DNA of 64,000 nucleotides from an uncultured Bacteroidales bacterium (GCA_900315705.1 ONAB01000001.1:143178-207177), one strand, 5' to 3'. Positions 27,199 through 38,276 are shown, numbered from the stretch's first letter. The notes: generated by a model not told the origin, from the letters alone. Made by a program: numbers and translations.

Positions 27199-30100
27199 AT
27201 GTAAAGGAGTCTTCCCTCCACATTTTTATAACCCATATTCCGGAGCAGGTCGCAGTAAGTGTCGATCTGCTTTTGGTATTCGGGGTGCGCTTGTCCCGTT
27301 TTGTAGTCGATGACCATCACCTTGTCGGGCAGCAATGCAATCCTGTCGGGGCGGTGTTCTGTGCCGTCAGGGGCGAGGATGGTGGTCTCGTTGAGACAAG
27401 GTGTCTCCGGGGCGAAGCAGGCTGCGAGTTCCTGGTTCCCCATAATCTTGAGGAAGGCCTCGCGCAACCGAGGGCGACGCTCCTCGTCCACTTCGGCCAG
27501 CAGCGACTCCATTTCTGCCGTATTCTGAGGGAATTTCGTCAGCTTGGCCAGAAAGTCGTGCACGAAGGTGCCGGTGAGGCGCTGTTGCGTCTCCGCCTCC
27601 TCAGTGTCCACAATCGCGGCGATGTCCTGGATGGAAAATGGCGAGCTGGTGATGGGGGGCGTGAAGGGCTTTGACACGGATGTGGAACGACAGACTTTCT
27701 TGAAACCGGGGTCGCCGGCATAGTGCAGACAGGGTTCCCCCGTATCTTGCACAAAGTGAAGCGGGTCGCTTGGGGTGGTGTGCTGCTCGTTGTTGAGGAT
27801 AAGCCGCTGTAAGGCGGCGCCGTAACCCTTCCCGTTTTGTTGCGGGGAGGTGATTATGTAGAGAATGTCGCCCGCGCGGGTATGCGCCACATACAGCAGG
27901 TTCAGCGTGTCCATCTCCTTGCTGAGAGCCTCTTCCTGATATAGCGGTTCGAAAGAGGAACCTATGCAGTCTGTTTTGCTCAATGGAATGTAGGCCACAT
28001 CGCCATTGACCGTCTGGGTCCATACGGGACGCAAAATGTTGGAGGTGGAACTGAAGGGAACTATGACCACAGGATATTCTAATCCTTTGGATTTGTGGAT
28101 GGTGTTGACTTTGATGGCGTTGAGGTCTTTGGGAAGGGTGAGGGTGAACATATTGTTGGTGTCGAGGAGTTGTTGCCACCAGAGGAGGAACTGTGCCGGC
28201 TCGCCGTTGCGGTTTTGCAGATAACTCAATACGATGTTTTCAAAATCCACGATGAAAGGGTCCTGGTTTTGTTCAAGTTTGTAGAATACAATGATTTTTT
28301 TGACCAGCAGAAACAGGGGCAGCGACAACCAGTCGGTAGGCAGGTCTTCGCCGTGAATCTCCATCATCAGGGTGTGGAAACTGGTGTCGGCGATTTGGAG
28401 TAGTCTCTTTTGAAGCAGTTCCGACTTGCCGTTTTTTTGGGCGAGATAATGCAGGATGGAGGTTTGTGCCACGCGGTCGCTGGGGTCCACAAGATGCTTG
28501 AGGGTCTGGATGATGAGGTTGACGGCCGGTGAGGCGTTGAGCACCAGGGATTGCTCCGTGACGACGGGCCAACCGTAGTTCAAAAGGAGGTTGGCCATAC
28601 GGGTGCATTTGTCGTTACCCGAATAGAGGATGGCGATGTCGCCGTAGTCGTAGCCCCTTTCCAGAGCGTCGCGCACGGCGCGGAACACTTCGGCGTCCTC
28701 GTTGGTGATGTCCTGGTTTACGGTGAAGTGTTGCTCCAATTTCTTGTCGATATGCTGGCAGGTGCGTGTCCTGTTCTCGTCGGATTTGACACTCCCGGAA
28801 AGCATCACCTCCACGAGGCCGGGCTTCGTTATGGGCACCTTTTGTTCCACGTCTTCATAGTAGTTCTCAAAGCCCAAATTCTTGCTGTATTGTTTGAAAA
28901 ACTCGTTGTTGAAAAGAATGACAGGTGTGGAGGAGCGGAAATTGTTGCCTAATGTTTCGTTGTGGTAATTGTCAGGACCGACCAGCTTGAGGTCCGGGTC
29001 GTTTTGAAGGCGGTTATAATCGATGAGATTGTAGAAGAGGTCGGCATCGCCGTTACGGAACCGATAGATGGCCTGTTTGACGTCCCCGAAGAGGGTGACT
29101 TGCCCGCCAGTGGCCAAGGAGTTGTTGGTTATCAAGGGCTTGAGGTCTCGCCACTGCATCAGGGAGGTGTCTTGGAACTCGTCAATGAAAAAGTGGGAGA
29201 AGGTAATACGGTCGAAGATTTCCGGAGAGTTTTTTCCTTTTATCTGGTCATATATAAAGGTGTTGGATTCGCTGAGTATGAAGAAATTATGCTGTTTTTT
29301 AATCTCGTTCATCTTCAGTTGCAAATCAAACAGCAACATCAGTTTGTCGGCGTTCTTGAGCAGGATTTTGGCATCCAGATAATGCGGTCGGTGTTGGTCC
29401 TGAATGTCACGGATCTGGTTGAAACAGTTGATGATTTCAGGAATTTCCTGGTCGATCAAAGCCTGCTCGTTGGCAGTGAATTTTGTTTTGCGGAAAAAAG
29501 TGCCCCTGTCGTTCAAGAAAACATCGATGGATTGCTCGTAGTTGGTGATGGGGTCATCCATCACCTTGTTGAACCATTGGGCCAGGGTGGGCTTTTGGAA
29601 GGAGATGCCCTTCAGATTCTGAATATGGCTGTTGCCTTTGGCGACGTGGTCTTTGATGGCACTCCTGATGATGTCGGGCTTCTCTTTGCGGTCTTTGCGC
29701 CATTGATTGATGACTTGTCGGTATTGTCCGGGAGTGAGTTGGTTGAGGACTTGCAAATAGTCGTAGTTTTTCTCGGCATTCTCATAGAGGATGTCAAGCA
29801 CTTGCCGCAATTCTCTGTCCACGTTGAGGTTGCCGGAGTCTTCCATACTGTCGTTGAGGAGGTCGATGATTTTATTGGCCAGTTCGGAGCCTGCCGACAA
29901 CTCGTTGAGCAGTTGGTCAACCGCTTGAATGAAGAACTCGTTCAGGTCGATTTGCACAGAGTAGTTGAGGTTGAGGTTGAGCGAAAGGGCGGAAGAGCGT
30001 ATCACCTGCTGGAAGAATTTGTCGATGGTGCTGAGCGAGAAGCGCGCGTAGTCATAGAGAATGTTGCGTAAAAGGTCGAGCGACTCGCGGCGCATAAAGT

Positions 30101-30419
30101 CCTCCATTTGTGGTGTGGCTTCTTTAACGCCGAAAAGTTGTTCGATAATCATATTGTAGATGGCCTTGGCACGGCCGGAGAAGTCGTTGTATGGGACGAA
30201 GGCAAAGTCCTGAAGCGTTTGCACAATGCGGTCCTTCATCTCGGCGGCGGCGGCATTGGTGAAGGTGATGGCCAGTATTTTGCGGAAGGTCCCGGTGTTG
30301 GGGATAGTGTTGCCCAGGTGGCGGCTGTCGTTCCGGAAACAGAGCGCGAGATAGTCGGCCACCAGATGGGTGGTCTTGCCGGAACCAGCAGAAGCAGAGT
30401 AGGTAGTGAACATAATCAC
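27195..30419 (-). CDS. UvrD/Rep-type helicase with C-terminal PD-(D/E)XK nuclease (AddA/RecB-like)
   Basis: Walker A SASAGSGKTTHL. Motif II FIDEFQDTS. TIHKSKGLEYPVVIV. VAHTRAGDILYI. C-terminal RPDRIALLPDKVMVIDYKTG nuclease motif. The stop overlaps the prfA stop by 4 nt. Confidence 0.85.
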
Positions 30420-30503
30420 AGTGTTTGTTCGCGCCCTTGGACGCGGTTATTTAAGCGAGTGCAAAGATATGATTTTTCAGATTCATCTTGCCATATTTTT
30501 GTG

Positions 30504-30511
30504 TATTTTTG
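30504..30511 (+). promoter_or_regulatory. -7 promoter box (a second identical box at 30494..30501)
   Basis: TATTTTTG lies 21 nt upstream of the ATG at 30532. Confidence 0.5.
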
Positions 30512-30531
30512 CGCCCCTAATTAAAGTTAGT

Positions 30532-31296
30532 ATGTTAAAGATAGAAAACCTGCACGTCTCCATCAAGGAGAGAGAAATATTGAAAGGCGTCAATCTGGAG
30601 GTCAAACCGGGTGAGGTGCACGCCATTATGGGCCCTAACGGCACGGGAAAGAGCACTTTAGCTTCTGTGATTGCCGGCAAGGAGGGCTATGATGTCACCG
30701 ACGGCAACATCTTCTTCAACGGCAAGAACCTGCTGAACCTGTCGGTGGAGGACCGCGCCCGCGAGGGCATTTTCATCGGCTTCCAGTATCCGGTGGAGAT
30801 CCCTGGCGTGAGCATCGCCAACTTTATGCGCACCGCCCTCAACGAGATTCGCCAGTACCGTGGCCTTGACCCGCTCAACGGCGCCCAGTTTCTCCGCCTG
30901 ATGAACGAGAAGAAGAAGGTGGTGGAACTGACCGAAAAACTCAGCAACCGCTCCGTGAACGAAGGCTTCTCCGGCGGTGAGAAAAAACGCAACGAGATTT
31001 TCCAGATGGCAATGCTTGAGCCCAAACTCGCCATCCTCGACGAGACCGACTCCGGCCTTGACATCGACGCCCTGCGCATTGTCGCCAACGGCGTCAACCA
31101 GCTCAAACGCCCCGACAACGCCACCATCGTCATCACTCACTATCAGCGCCTGCTCGACTATATCGTGCCCGATGTGGTACACGTCCTCTTCGAGGGCAAG
31201 ATTGTCAAGTCGGGTCCCAAGGAACTGGCTCTGGAGCTCGAGAAGCGTGGCTACGACTGGATCAAGGAAGAGTATGAACAAGGAAAACTAGCATAA
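30532..31296 (+). CDS. sufC: Fe-S cluster assembly ATPase SufC
   Basis: MLKIENLHVSIKEREILKGVNLEVKPGEVHAIMGPNGTGKSTL. ABC signature FSGGEKKR. Walker B LAILDETDSGLD. The 5' extension in the ORF track runs through the promoter. Confidence 0.93.
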   Translation: MLKIENLHVSIKEREILKGVNLEVKPGEVHAIMGPNGTGKSTLASVIAGKEGYDVTDGNIFFNGKNLLNLSVEDRAREGIFIGFQYPVEIPGVSIANFMRTALNEIRQYRGLDPLNGAQFLRLMNEKKKVVELTEKLSNRSVNEGFSGGEKKRNEIFQMAMLEPKLAILDETDSGLDIDALRIVANGVNQLKRPDNATIVITHYQRLLDYIVPDVVHVLFEGKIVKSGPKELALELEKRGYDWIKEEYEQGKLA

Positions 31297-32531
31297 TGAA
31301 ATCCCCATCATATATCGAAAAAATCACCCAATATCAGCAACAGGGCACTCCCGACCCCTACCGGCCGGTGGAGGAGTATTTCCAATGCCAGGTGCGCCAG
31401 ATGGGCTCCGTGATGCTGCCGATGCTGAACGGCTGGTTCGTGCAGGATGCCGACGAATTGGCCACATACCCCAACGGCGTGGTGGCCGGCAGCCTCAAAA
31501 CCGCCCTCAAACGCTGCCCCGAACTGGTACGGCCCTGCCTGTCGCGCTTTGCTCCCGAGGAGCGTGACGAGCTGATAGAGAGCAACGAACAGCAGTTCAA
31601 CGACGGCGTCTTCATCTATGTGCCCGACGACGTGAAGGTGGAGCATCCGTTCCAAATCGTCTCCCTGGTGAACTCCCGCGACAACCTGCTGGTGCAGAAC
31701 CGCCACGTCGTCCGCGTGGGACGCAACGCCAGCCTCTCGCTCATCCAGTGCGACGACTCTATCCAGAGCGGCAGCAATTTCCTGAATGTCGTCACTGAGA
31801 TTTCCCTGTCCGAAAATGCAACCCTGCATTACTATAAGACTGAGAACAAAGAGGCCGACTCGATTCTCTTCCACCATCTTTTGGTTAACCAGGAGGCCTA
31901 CTCGCTCTTCCTGTCCAATGCCATCACCTTCAATGCCGGCTATGTGGGCAACCACATTCGCGTCAACCTCAACGCGCCTTTTGCGGAGACCAGGTTGTAC
32001 GGACTCTATTTGGTGGACAAGCAGCAACATTGTGACAATCAGATCAAAGTGAGTCACAATGCGACAGACTGCAAGAGCTTCCAGCTCTACAAGGGCATTC
32101 TGGACGACGAGGCCAAGGCGGGATTCCACGGGCACGTGGTGGTGCAGCCTGACGCGCAGCGCACCAACGCCTACCAGACCAACCGCAACATTCTGCTCAC
32201 CGACAAGGCTGTGGTCAACACCAAGCCCTTCCTCGAAATTTACGCCGACGATGTGCAGTGCAGCCACGGCGCCACTGTGGGCCAACTTGACGAGGAGGCC
32301 CTGTATTATTTGCGCTCCCGCGGTATTGGCGAGCGCAGCGCCCGCAAACTGCTGATGTTCGCCTTTGCCAACGAGGTGTGCAACTACGTGGAGATCCCGG
32401 CCCTCAAGGATCGGCTGAGCGATATGGTGCAACGTCGCCTCAACGGCGAACTGACCATCTGCGACCAGTGCCTGCTCCACAACGCCAACCATAGCGACAT
32501 CATCTTCCCGATTGATGAGTCGAAATTGTAG
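31296..32531 (+). CDS. sufD: Fe-S cluster assembly protein SufD
   Basis: It follows sufC with a 1-nt overlap. The conserved C-terminal beta-helix region is FHGHVVVQPDAQRTNAYQTNRNILLTDKAVVNTKPFLEIYADDVQCSHGATVGQLDEEALYYLRSRGI. Confidence 0.9.
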   Translation: MKSPSYIEKITQYQQQGTPDPYRPVEEYFQCQVRQMGSVMLPMLNGWFVQDADELATYPNGVVAGSLKTALKRCPELVRPCLSRFAPEERDELIESNEQQFNDGVFIYVPDDVKVEHPFQIVSLVNSRDNLLVQNRHVVRVGRNASLSLIQCDDSIQSGSNFLNVVTEISLSENATLHYYKTENKEADSILFHHLLVNQEAYSLFLSNAITFNAGYVGNHIRVNLNAPFAETRLYGLYLVDKQQHCDNQIKVSHNATDCKSFQLYKGILDDEAKAGFHGHVVVQPDAQRTNAYQTNRNILLTDKAVVNTKPFLEIYADDVQCSHGATVGQLDEEALYYLRSRGIGERSARKLLMFAFANEVCNYVEIPALKDRLSDMVQRRLNGELTICDQCLLHNANHSDIIFPIDESKL

Positions 32532-32533
32532 TT

Positions 32534-33004
32534 ATGAAAATAAAATTGATATGGATAGGCCGCGCTGATGGCGACGTGTTTGATGAAGCTATCCGCCAGT
32601 ACACCAAGAAACTGCAGTTCTACACGGTGTTTGAGCCTGTGGCCATACCTTATCTTAAGAATACCAAATCCTTGTCTCAAGACGAGCAGAAGAAAAAAGA
32701 GGGCGAGTTGATATTGAAGAAGATAGAGCCCGGCGACGTGGTGGTGCTTCTCGACGAGCGGGGCAAAGAGTACACTTCTGAGAAGTTTGCCCAGTTCATC
32801 CAGCAGCAGGCCAATACGGGACAGAAGGCCCTGGTGTTTGTAATTGGCGGCGCGTATGGGTTCTCTCCCGATGTCTATGCCCGCCAGAATGCCAAGATTG
32901 CCCTCTCCCAGCTCACCTTTCCCCACATAATGACGCGGCTTATCTTCGCTGAACAGCTCTACCGGGCCTTCACCATTCTCCACGGCGAGCCCTACCATCA
33001 CTGA
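32534..33004 (+). CDS. rlmH: 23S rRNA (pseudouridine1915-N3)-methyltransferase RlmH
   Basis: 156 aa SPOUT protein. MKIKLIWIGR...VFVIGGAYGFSPDV...LSQLTFPHIMTRLIFAEQLYRAFTILHGEPYHH. Confidence 0.9.
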   Translation: MKIKLIWIGRADGDVFDEAIRQYTKKLQFYTVFEPVAIPYLKNTKSLSQDEQKKKEGELILKKIEPGDVVVLLDERGKEYTSEKFAQFIQQQANTGQKALVFVIGGAYGFSPDVYARQNAKIALSQLTFPHIMTRLIFAEQLYRAFTILHGEPYHH

Positions 33005-34053
33005 TTTTCCCTTTTTGTGGAAGTGACAATGCGGACATAGACTGGCAAATGGTCGGCGAAGCCCCCGATATAGCGTGGGCCAGAGTAAGTGCGGTAGTTC
33101 TTCACGCCACCATATTTTTCATCGGGCATCAGGAGGAAAGATTCGTTGAAAATGCGCGGCACGTTGCTGGCTATCTGCAGCCGGCCTTGTCCGTTGATCA
33201 TTCTGCCTGTGACGATGAGTTGGTCGAGGCACCCCCAGAAATCCTCGTGCTTGTGCGAGCCCACATTGTTCTGCGCCACAAAATGATACATCAGATTGAA
33301 GAGAGTGTCGTCTGCCAAAGCGGCGCTTTTCAATGGATTATGCGCCCTCAGGTGATGCTCCATACTCTCGTCGGTGGGGTAGTCGTTGAAGTCGCCCATA
33401 AGGAGGATGTTGGCGTGCGGGTGGTGCGCAAGGAGGGAGTCCACGAGGCAGCGCGCCACGTCGGCATAGAAGTTGCGCTTGGGAATGGTGGCCGCATAGC
33501 CGCCGAAGCGCGAGGTCCAGTGGTTGACGATGATGTGCAGGGAGTCGCCGCACGACAGCCGGACGAGCGCATATAGCAGGTCGCGATTGCGCGTATTCGG
33601 CTCGAAGGGAAACACCACGGGGATGGCTTTCTCTTGCAGCACGGTCACGAGGCTGTCGCGGTAGAGCAGCGCCACGTCCACGCCGCGCCGGTCGGGCGAG
33701 TCGTGATGCACGAAACTGTAGCCGAACCTCTGGAGCGGCGAGCGGCGGCACAGGTCGTGCAGCACGCGGTCGTTCTCAATCTCCGCTACACCCACGATGC
33801 CTGGCGGTGACCCTTTCCCCATCGCGATGAGGACTTTCGCGATATTGTTGATCTTTTTGAAATAACGTTTATACCCCCAATGATAGGAGCCCTCTGGAGT
33901 GAAGTCGTCGTCCGCCGTCAACGAGTCGTTGGTCGGATGAAAAAGGTTCTCCACGTTGTAAAAAGCCACGAACAGGGTGTCGGATGTCCTTTGCGCAGCT
34001 GCCCTTCCGCATAATAATGCGCATAAAGAAAATGCCAGTATCTTTGATTTCAT
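32998..34053 (-). CDS. endonuclease/exonuclease/phosphatase (EEP) family secreted protein
   Basis: The ATG at 34053 gives the signal peptide MKSKILAFSLCALLCGRAAAQ. VAFYNVENLF, LLMGDFNDYP and GGFADHLPVYV are EEP motifs. The longer ORF-track start reads through the heptamer repeat (IYDLRF..) and is rejected. Confidence 0.8.
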   Translation of the reverse strand: MKSKILAFSLCALLCGRAAAQRTSDTLFVAFYNVENLFHPTNDSLTADDDFTPEGSYHWGYKRYFKKINNIAKVLIAMGKGSPPGIVGVAEIENDRVLHDLCRRSPLQRFGYSFVHHDSPDRRGVDVALLYRDSLVTVLQEKAIPVVFPFEPNTRNRDLLYALVRLSCGDSLHIIVNHWTSRFGGYAATIPKRNFYADVARCLVDSLLAHHPHANILLMGDFNDYPTDESMEHHLRAHNPLKSAALADDTLFNLMYHFVAQNNVGSHKHEDFWGCLDQLIVTGRMINGQGRLQIASNVPRIFNESFLLMPDEKYGGVKNYRTYSGPRYIGGFADHLPVYVRIVTSTKRENQ

Positions 34054-34071
34054 AATAATTTGTTTTAAAAA

Positions 34072-34190
34072 TGCAAAGATACAATAAATAATTGAGAATT
34101 GAGAGTGGAGAATTAAGAATTTTAAGACTGGAGACTTTGGACGTAAGACTTTTTTCGTAAATCGCAAATCGTAAATCGCAAATCGCAAAT
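34072..34190. repeat. heptamer-array intergenic repeat, locus R2 (near-identical to R4)
   Basis: Modules are (tGAGAAT)x4, (nnnAGAC)x4, tttttt and (CGyAAAT)x5. By manual alignment it differs from 38277..38392 by about 4 substitutions and 2 short indels. Confidence 0.9.
34074..34081 (-). promoter_or_regulatory. -7 promoter box for the EEP gene (inside repeat R2)
   Basis: The reverse complement reads TATCTTTG, 21 nt upstream of the ATG at 34053. Confidence 0.55.
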
Positions 34191-34196
34191 TTATTG

Positions 34197-34204
34197 TATT
34201 TTTG
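34197..34204 (+). promoter_or_regulatory. -7 promoter box for gmhA
   Basis: TATTTTTG lies 23 nt upstream of the ATG at 34227. Confidence 0.55.
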
Positions 34205-34226
34205 CCCACGAAAAAAATAGTTTATT

Positions 34227-34805
34227 ATGAATATCAGAATACAAGAATCCATACGGGAGAGCATTGATGTGAAACAAAAAATCTTGTCGGACGAGGCGTT
34301 GATGTCGCGGGTGCAGGCGGCGGCCGATGCGATGGTACAGTCGCTGAAGGCCGGTGGCAAGGTCCACTTCTGCGGCAACGGCGGCAGTGCGGCGGATGCC
34401 CAGCACTTGGCAGCGGAACTCTCCGGCCGCTTCTACTTCGACCGTCCCCCGCTCAATGCCGAGGCTCTGCACTGCAACACATCCTATCTTACTGCTGTGG
34501 GCAACGACTACGGCTATGACCTGGTGTTCTCGCGACTGCTGCGCGGCACCGCCAAAAAAGGTGATGTCATCGTTGGTATCTCCACTTCCGGCAACTCCAA
34601 AAACATCCTCGAAGCTTTCAAGGCTGCCAAGGAGATGGGGCTCCATATCGTGGCAATGACCGGCGCCAGCGGCGGCCAGATGAAGGATTATGCTGACATC
34701 CTTCTCAACGTGCCCTCTACCGACACCCCGCGCATCCAGGAGTCTCACATTATGCTGGGACACATCTTCTGTGAACTGGTGGAATCCACGCTGTTCAGCC
34801 GTTAG
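34227..34805 (+). CDS. gmhA: D-sedoheptulose-7-phosphate isomerase (SIS domain)
   Basis: KVHFCGNGGSAADAQHLAAELSGRF...VGISTSGNSKNILEA...ESHIMLGHIFCELVE. 192 aa. Confidence 0.9.
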   Translation: MNIRIQESIRESIDVKQKILSDEALMSRVQAAADAMVQSLKAGGKVHFCGNGGSAADAQHLAAELSGRFYFDRPPLNAEALHCNTSYLTAVGNDYGYDLVFSRLLRGTAKKGDVIVGISTSGNSKNILEAFKAAKEMGLHIVAMTGASGGQMKDYADILLNVPSTDTPRIQESHIMLGHIFCELVESTLFSR

Positions 34806-34820
34806 CCTTTGGCTATTAAC

Positions 34821-34890
34821 TATACGATTTGCGATTTGCGAAAGTCTTACGTCTTACGTCTAAAGTCTTACGTCTTACGTCTAAACTCTC
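34821..34890. repeat. heptamer-array intergenic repeat, locus R3 (inverted relative to R2/R4/R5)
   Basis: tatacgatttgcgatttgcg aaa gtcttac gtcttac gtctaaa gtcttac gtcttac gtctaaa ctctca. The reverse complement shows the same module order as R2. The last ~10 nt overlap the 3' end of CDS 34881..36005. Confidence 0.85.
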
Positions 34891-36005
34891 AGCAAAGCAT
34901 TAAACATCTTAACTCCGATGGGGAGCAACTCGTCGGGGAAATTGAAGTGCGGGTGGTGCAAGGGCGGTTGCTCTGTGCCGGAGCCGATGCCGAAGAGTGC
35001 CCCGGGGTAGTGTTGTGTCAGCAGGCCGAAATCCTCGCCCCACGAGAAGGGCTCCTCTTTCGTCGAGTATTCCAATCCGCATTGTGCTGCGGCCTGTCGC
35101 ACTTTTTCCACTGTCTCGGGCTGGTTCTCAGAGGCGGCGAAGTACTCTTTCCATACTATATTATATTGTAATCCCGGGGTGCGGGCGGTTTCATCCTCCA
35201 CAATCTGTTGCAACTCGCGTTTGAGCCTTTGCAGTTGCTCGTCCTTTTTGGCACGCAGTGTGAATCGCAGCACGCCCTCTCCTGCCGTGACGCCGTAGGC
35301 CACCTCACCCACGCGGAACTGCACGAGCGTGAGCAGCTGGAAATCGTCGCGCGACATTTCGTAGCGGTTAAGTGCCAGCAGGCGGTCGGTGATGGCGCGG
35401 GCGGTGGGGTAGGGCGACAACGCCTTGAGGGGCTCTGCCGCGTGCGAGGTGTGCCCCGTCAGTTCTATGTCGCAACTGACCACCGAGCAGGTGAAGCTGC
35501 CGGGGCGGCACAGCACCTGCCCAAGGGGAACGCCCGGGATGTTGTGGAACGCATACACCGCATCGGGACGGTAGGTGTCGAGGATGCCAGTCTCCAGCAA
35601 TTGGCGGGCCCCGTCGCCGGTCTCCTCGGCGGCCTGGAAGAAAAGGAGCACGCGCCCGCTGGCAGGCGGTTGTTGATGCAGGGCTTGGGCCACCCCCAAG
35701 AGGATGGTGGCGTGACCGTCGTGGCCGCATTTGTGCGACACGCCCTCTGTCTGTGAGGTGTAGGGCAAGTCAATGGTCTCGGGCACACGCACCGCGTCAA
35801 AGTCGCCGCGCAGCAACAGGGTGCGTCCTGGCGCGCCTGAGTCGAAGAGAACCAGCAGGCTGTGGCTGTTCTCGAAGGTGTGGATGCGGGTGGGGTGCAA
35901 CTCCTGCAGATGCTGCAACAGGAAGTCTCGGGTATGGTGTTCTTGTCCGGACGGTTCGGCCAGTTGGTGCAAGGTGTGTCGGATTTCTTGCAACATAGTC
36001 TTCAT
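34881..36005 (-). CDS. M20-family amidohydrolase (N-acyl-amino acid amidohydrolase-like)
   Basis: The HKCGHDGH metal-binding motif and FQAAEETGDGA are typical of the M20D architecture. 374 aa. Confidence 0.8.
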   Translation of the reverse strand: MKTMLQEIRHTLHQLAEPSGQEHHTRDFLLQHLQELHPTRIHTFENSHSLLVLFDSGAPGRTLLLRGDFDAVRVPETIDLPYTSQTEGVSHKCGHDGHATILLGVAQALHQQPPASGRVLLFFQAAEETGDGARQLLETGILDTYRPDAVYAFHNIPGVPLGQVLCRPGSFTCSVVSCDIELTGHTSHAAEPLKALSPYPTARAITDRLLALNRYEMSRDDFQLLTLVQFRVGEVAYGVTAGEGVLRFTLRAKKDEQLQRLKRELQQIVEDETARTPGLQYNIVWKEYFAASENQPETVEKVRQAAAQCGLEYSTKEEPFSWGEDFGLLTQHYPGALFGIGSGTEQPPLHHPHFNFPDELLPIGVKMFNALLRV

Positions 36006-36106
36006 TGCTGCGTTTTTTGGGTTGTGGATGACATTTTTGGCAACACAAAGGGGAGCACAGATGCGCTCCCCTTCACTTTCAAATATTCATAGAGGGCAAA
36101 ACAGAA

Positions 36107-38257
36107 TTATTCGTCTTTCATAAGAATTTCGAGCATAGCGGCAGCGGAGTCGGCGATACGGGTGCCAGGTCCGAAGATGCAGGCGACGCCGCAGTCGTAG
36201 AGGAACTGGTAGTCCTGCGGGGGGATGACACCGCCCACGGTGATCATAATGTCCTCACGGCCCAGTTTCTTGAGCTCTTCCATCACCTGCGGCACAAGGG
36301 TCTTGTGGCCGGCGGCGAGGGAGGAGACGCCGAGGATGTGGACGTCGTTCTCGACGGCCTGCTTGGCGGCCTCTGCGGGGGTTTGGAACAGCGGGCCCAT
36401 ATCGACGTCGAAGCCGATGTCGGCATAGCCCGTGGCCACCACCTTGGCGCCGCGGTCGTGGCCGTCCTGGCCCATCTTGGCAATCATAATACGGGGGCGA
36501 CGGCCCTCTTTCTTTGCGAATTCATCGCACATTGCAACGGCCTTCTTGAAGGTGTCGTTGTCGTGTTGTTCTGCACTGTACACGCCGGATATCAAATTTA
36601 TTTTTGCTTTATAACGGCCGAACACCACTTCGAGGGCGTCGGAGATTTCACCTAATGAGGCGCGCACGCGGGCGGCCTTGATGGAGAGGTCGAGCAGGTT
36701 GCCGTTGCCGGTCTTGGCGCATTCGGTGATGGCGGCCAAAGCGGCTTTGACCTCCTCCTCGTTGCGGTTGGCACGCAACTCGGCGAGACGCTTGATTTGA
36801 GCCTCGCGCACGGCGGTGTTGTCCACCTCGAGAGTCTCGATGGGCGACTCCTTGGCCAGACGGTACTTGCTGACGCCGATGATGGACTCCTTGCCGGAGT
36901 CGATGCGGGCCTGCTTGCGGGCGGAGGCCTCCTCGATACGCATCTTGGGGATGCCCGTCTCGATGGCCTTGGCCATACCGCCGAGCGACTCGATTTCCTG
37001 CAGGTGCTTCCAAGCGCGGTGGGCAATCTGGTGGGTCAGCGACTCCACATAGTAGGAACCGGCCCACGGGTCGATGCTCTTGCAGATCTTGGTCTCTTCC
37101 TGGATGTAGATTTGGGTGTTACGGGCGATACGGGCCGAGAAGTCCGTCGGCAGGGCGATGGCCTCGTCGAGGGCGTTGGTGTGCAGCGACTGCGTGTGCC
37201 CGAGGGCGGCGCCCATAGCCTCGATGCAGGTGCGGGCCACGTTGTTGAAGGGGTCTTGCTCGGTCAGCGACCAGCCGGAAGTCTGGCAGTGCGTGCGCAG
37301 AGCCATAGATTTCGGGTTCTTGGGGTTGAACTGCTTGACAATCTTGGCCCACAGCATACGGGCGGCGCGCATCTTGGCAATCTCCATAAAGTGGTTCATC
37401 CCGATAGCCCAGAAGAAGGAGAGCCGCGGGGCGAAGTCGTCCACGCTCATTCCGGCGTTCACACCGGCGCGCAGGTACTCCAGACCGTCGGCCAACGTGT
37501 AGGCCAGCTCGATATCGTCGGTGGCACCGGCCTCCTGCATATGGTAGCCGGAGATGGAGATGGAGTTGAACTTGGGCATATTCTTGGAGGTGAACTCGAA
37601 GATGTCGGCGATGATCTTCATCGAGGGCAATGGAGGATAGATGTAGGTGTTACGCACCATAAACTCCTTGAGGATATCGTTCTGGATGGTACCGGAAAGT
37701 TGGTCCATACTGACACCCTGCTCCTCGGCGGCCACGATGTAGAACGACAGGATGGGGAGCACAGCCCCGTTCATCGTCATAGAGACGGACATCTTGTCGA
37801 GGGGAATCTGGTCGAACAGGATCTTCATATCGAGGATGGAGTCCACGGCCACACCTGCTTTGCCGACGTCGCCCACCACGCGCGGGTGGTCGGAGTCGTA
37901 GCCACGGTGGGTGGCCAGGTCAAAGGCGATGGAGAGGCCCTTCTGACCGGCGGCGAGGTTGCGGCGGTAGAAGGCGTTGGACTCTTCGGCGGTGGAGAAT
38001 CCGGCGTATTGGCGGATGGTCCACGGACGGAACGCGTACATCATGGAATAGGGTCCGCGCAGGAACGGCGGGATACCGGCGGTGTAGTTGAGGTGCTCCA
38101 TACCGGCGAGGTCATCGGCACCATACACCTGCTTGACGGGAATCTGCTCCGCAGTCAGCCAGTCGGCGCTGATGTGGTGTTCTTGTTCCCATTTTTTGAA
38201 ATCTTCCTGATTGTCAGAGAGTTTCTTGAAATTTACGTTGCTAAAATCTGGGCGCAT
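36107..38257 (-). CDS. mutB: methylmalonyl-CoA mutase large (alpha) subunit
   Basis: 716 aa from [40 protein letters not shown] and the C-terminal B12-binding domain ([14 protein letters not shown], DxHxxG) are present. The TTG at 38281 used by the ORF track lies inside the -7 box, so the ATG at 38257 is preferred. Confidence 0.93.
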   Translation of the reverse strand: MRPDFSNVNFKKLSDNQEDFKKWEQEHHISADWLTAEQIPVKQVYGADDLAGMEHLNYTAGIPPFLRGPYSMMYAFRPWTIRQYAGFSTAEESNAFYRRNLAAGQKGLSIAFDLATHRGYDSDHPRVVGDVGKAGVAVDSILDMKILFDQIPLDKMSVSMTMNGAVLPILSFYIVAAEEQGVSMDQLSGTIQNDILKEFMVRNTYIYPPLPSMKIIADIFEFTSKNMPKFNSISISGYHMQEAGATDDIELAYTLADGLEYLRAGVNAGMSVDDFAPRLSFFWAIGMNHFMEIAKMRAARMLWAKIVKQFNPKNPKSMALRTHCQTSGWSLTEQDPFNNVARTCIEAMGAALGHTQSLHTNALDEAIALPTDFSARIARNTQIYIQEETKICKSIDPWAGSYYVESLTHQIAHRAWKHLQEIESLGGMAKAIETGIPKMRIEEASARKQARIDSGKESIIGVSKYRLAKESPIETLEVDNTAVREAQIKRLAELRANRNEEEVKAALAAITECAKTGNGNLLDLSIKAARVRASLGEISDALEVVFGRYKAKINLISGVYSAEQHDNDTFKKAVAMCDEFAKKEGRRPRIMIAKMGQDGHDRGAKVVATGYADIGFDVDMGPLFQTPAEAAKQAVENDVHILGVSSLAAGHKTLVPQVMEELKKLGREDIMITVGGVIPPQDYQFLYDCGVACIFGPGTRIADSAAAMLEILMKDE

Positions 38258-38276
38258 AGTTTCTTTTTTAAGAGGC

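Noticed and set aside
34073-34205. MITE-like reading of R2. A 17-bp terminal inverted match (gcaaagatacaataaat versus atttattgtatttttgc, 16/17) encloses the heptamer arrays.
   Set aside because: The inverted match is essentially the extended -7 promoter consensus (ttgTAnnTTTGc) seen upstream of many unrelated genes in this window. It is better explained as two divergent promoters than as transposon ends. R4 lacks a matching right end at the equivalent distance.
34054-34209. N-terminal extension of the EEP gene (MGKNTINLRFAIYDLRFTKK...), and the ORF 34809..35171 starting in repeat R3.
   Set aside because: Both extensions translate the period-7 heptamer repeats and run through the -7 promoter box. 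The internal ATG at 34053 gives a proper signal peptide. 34809..35171 is antisense to the M20 gene.
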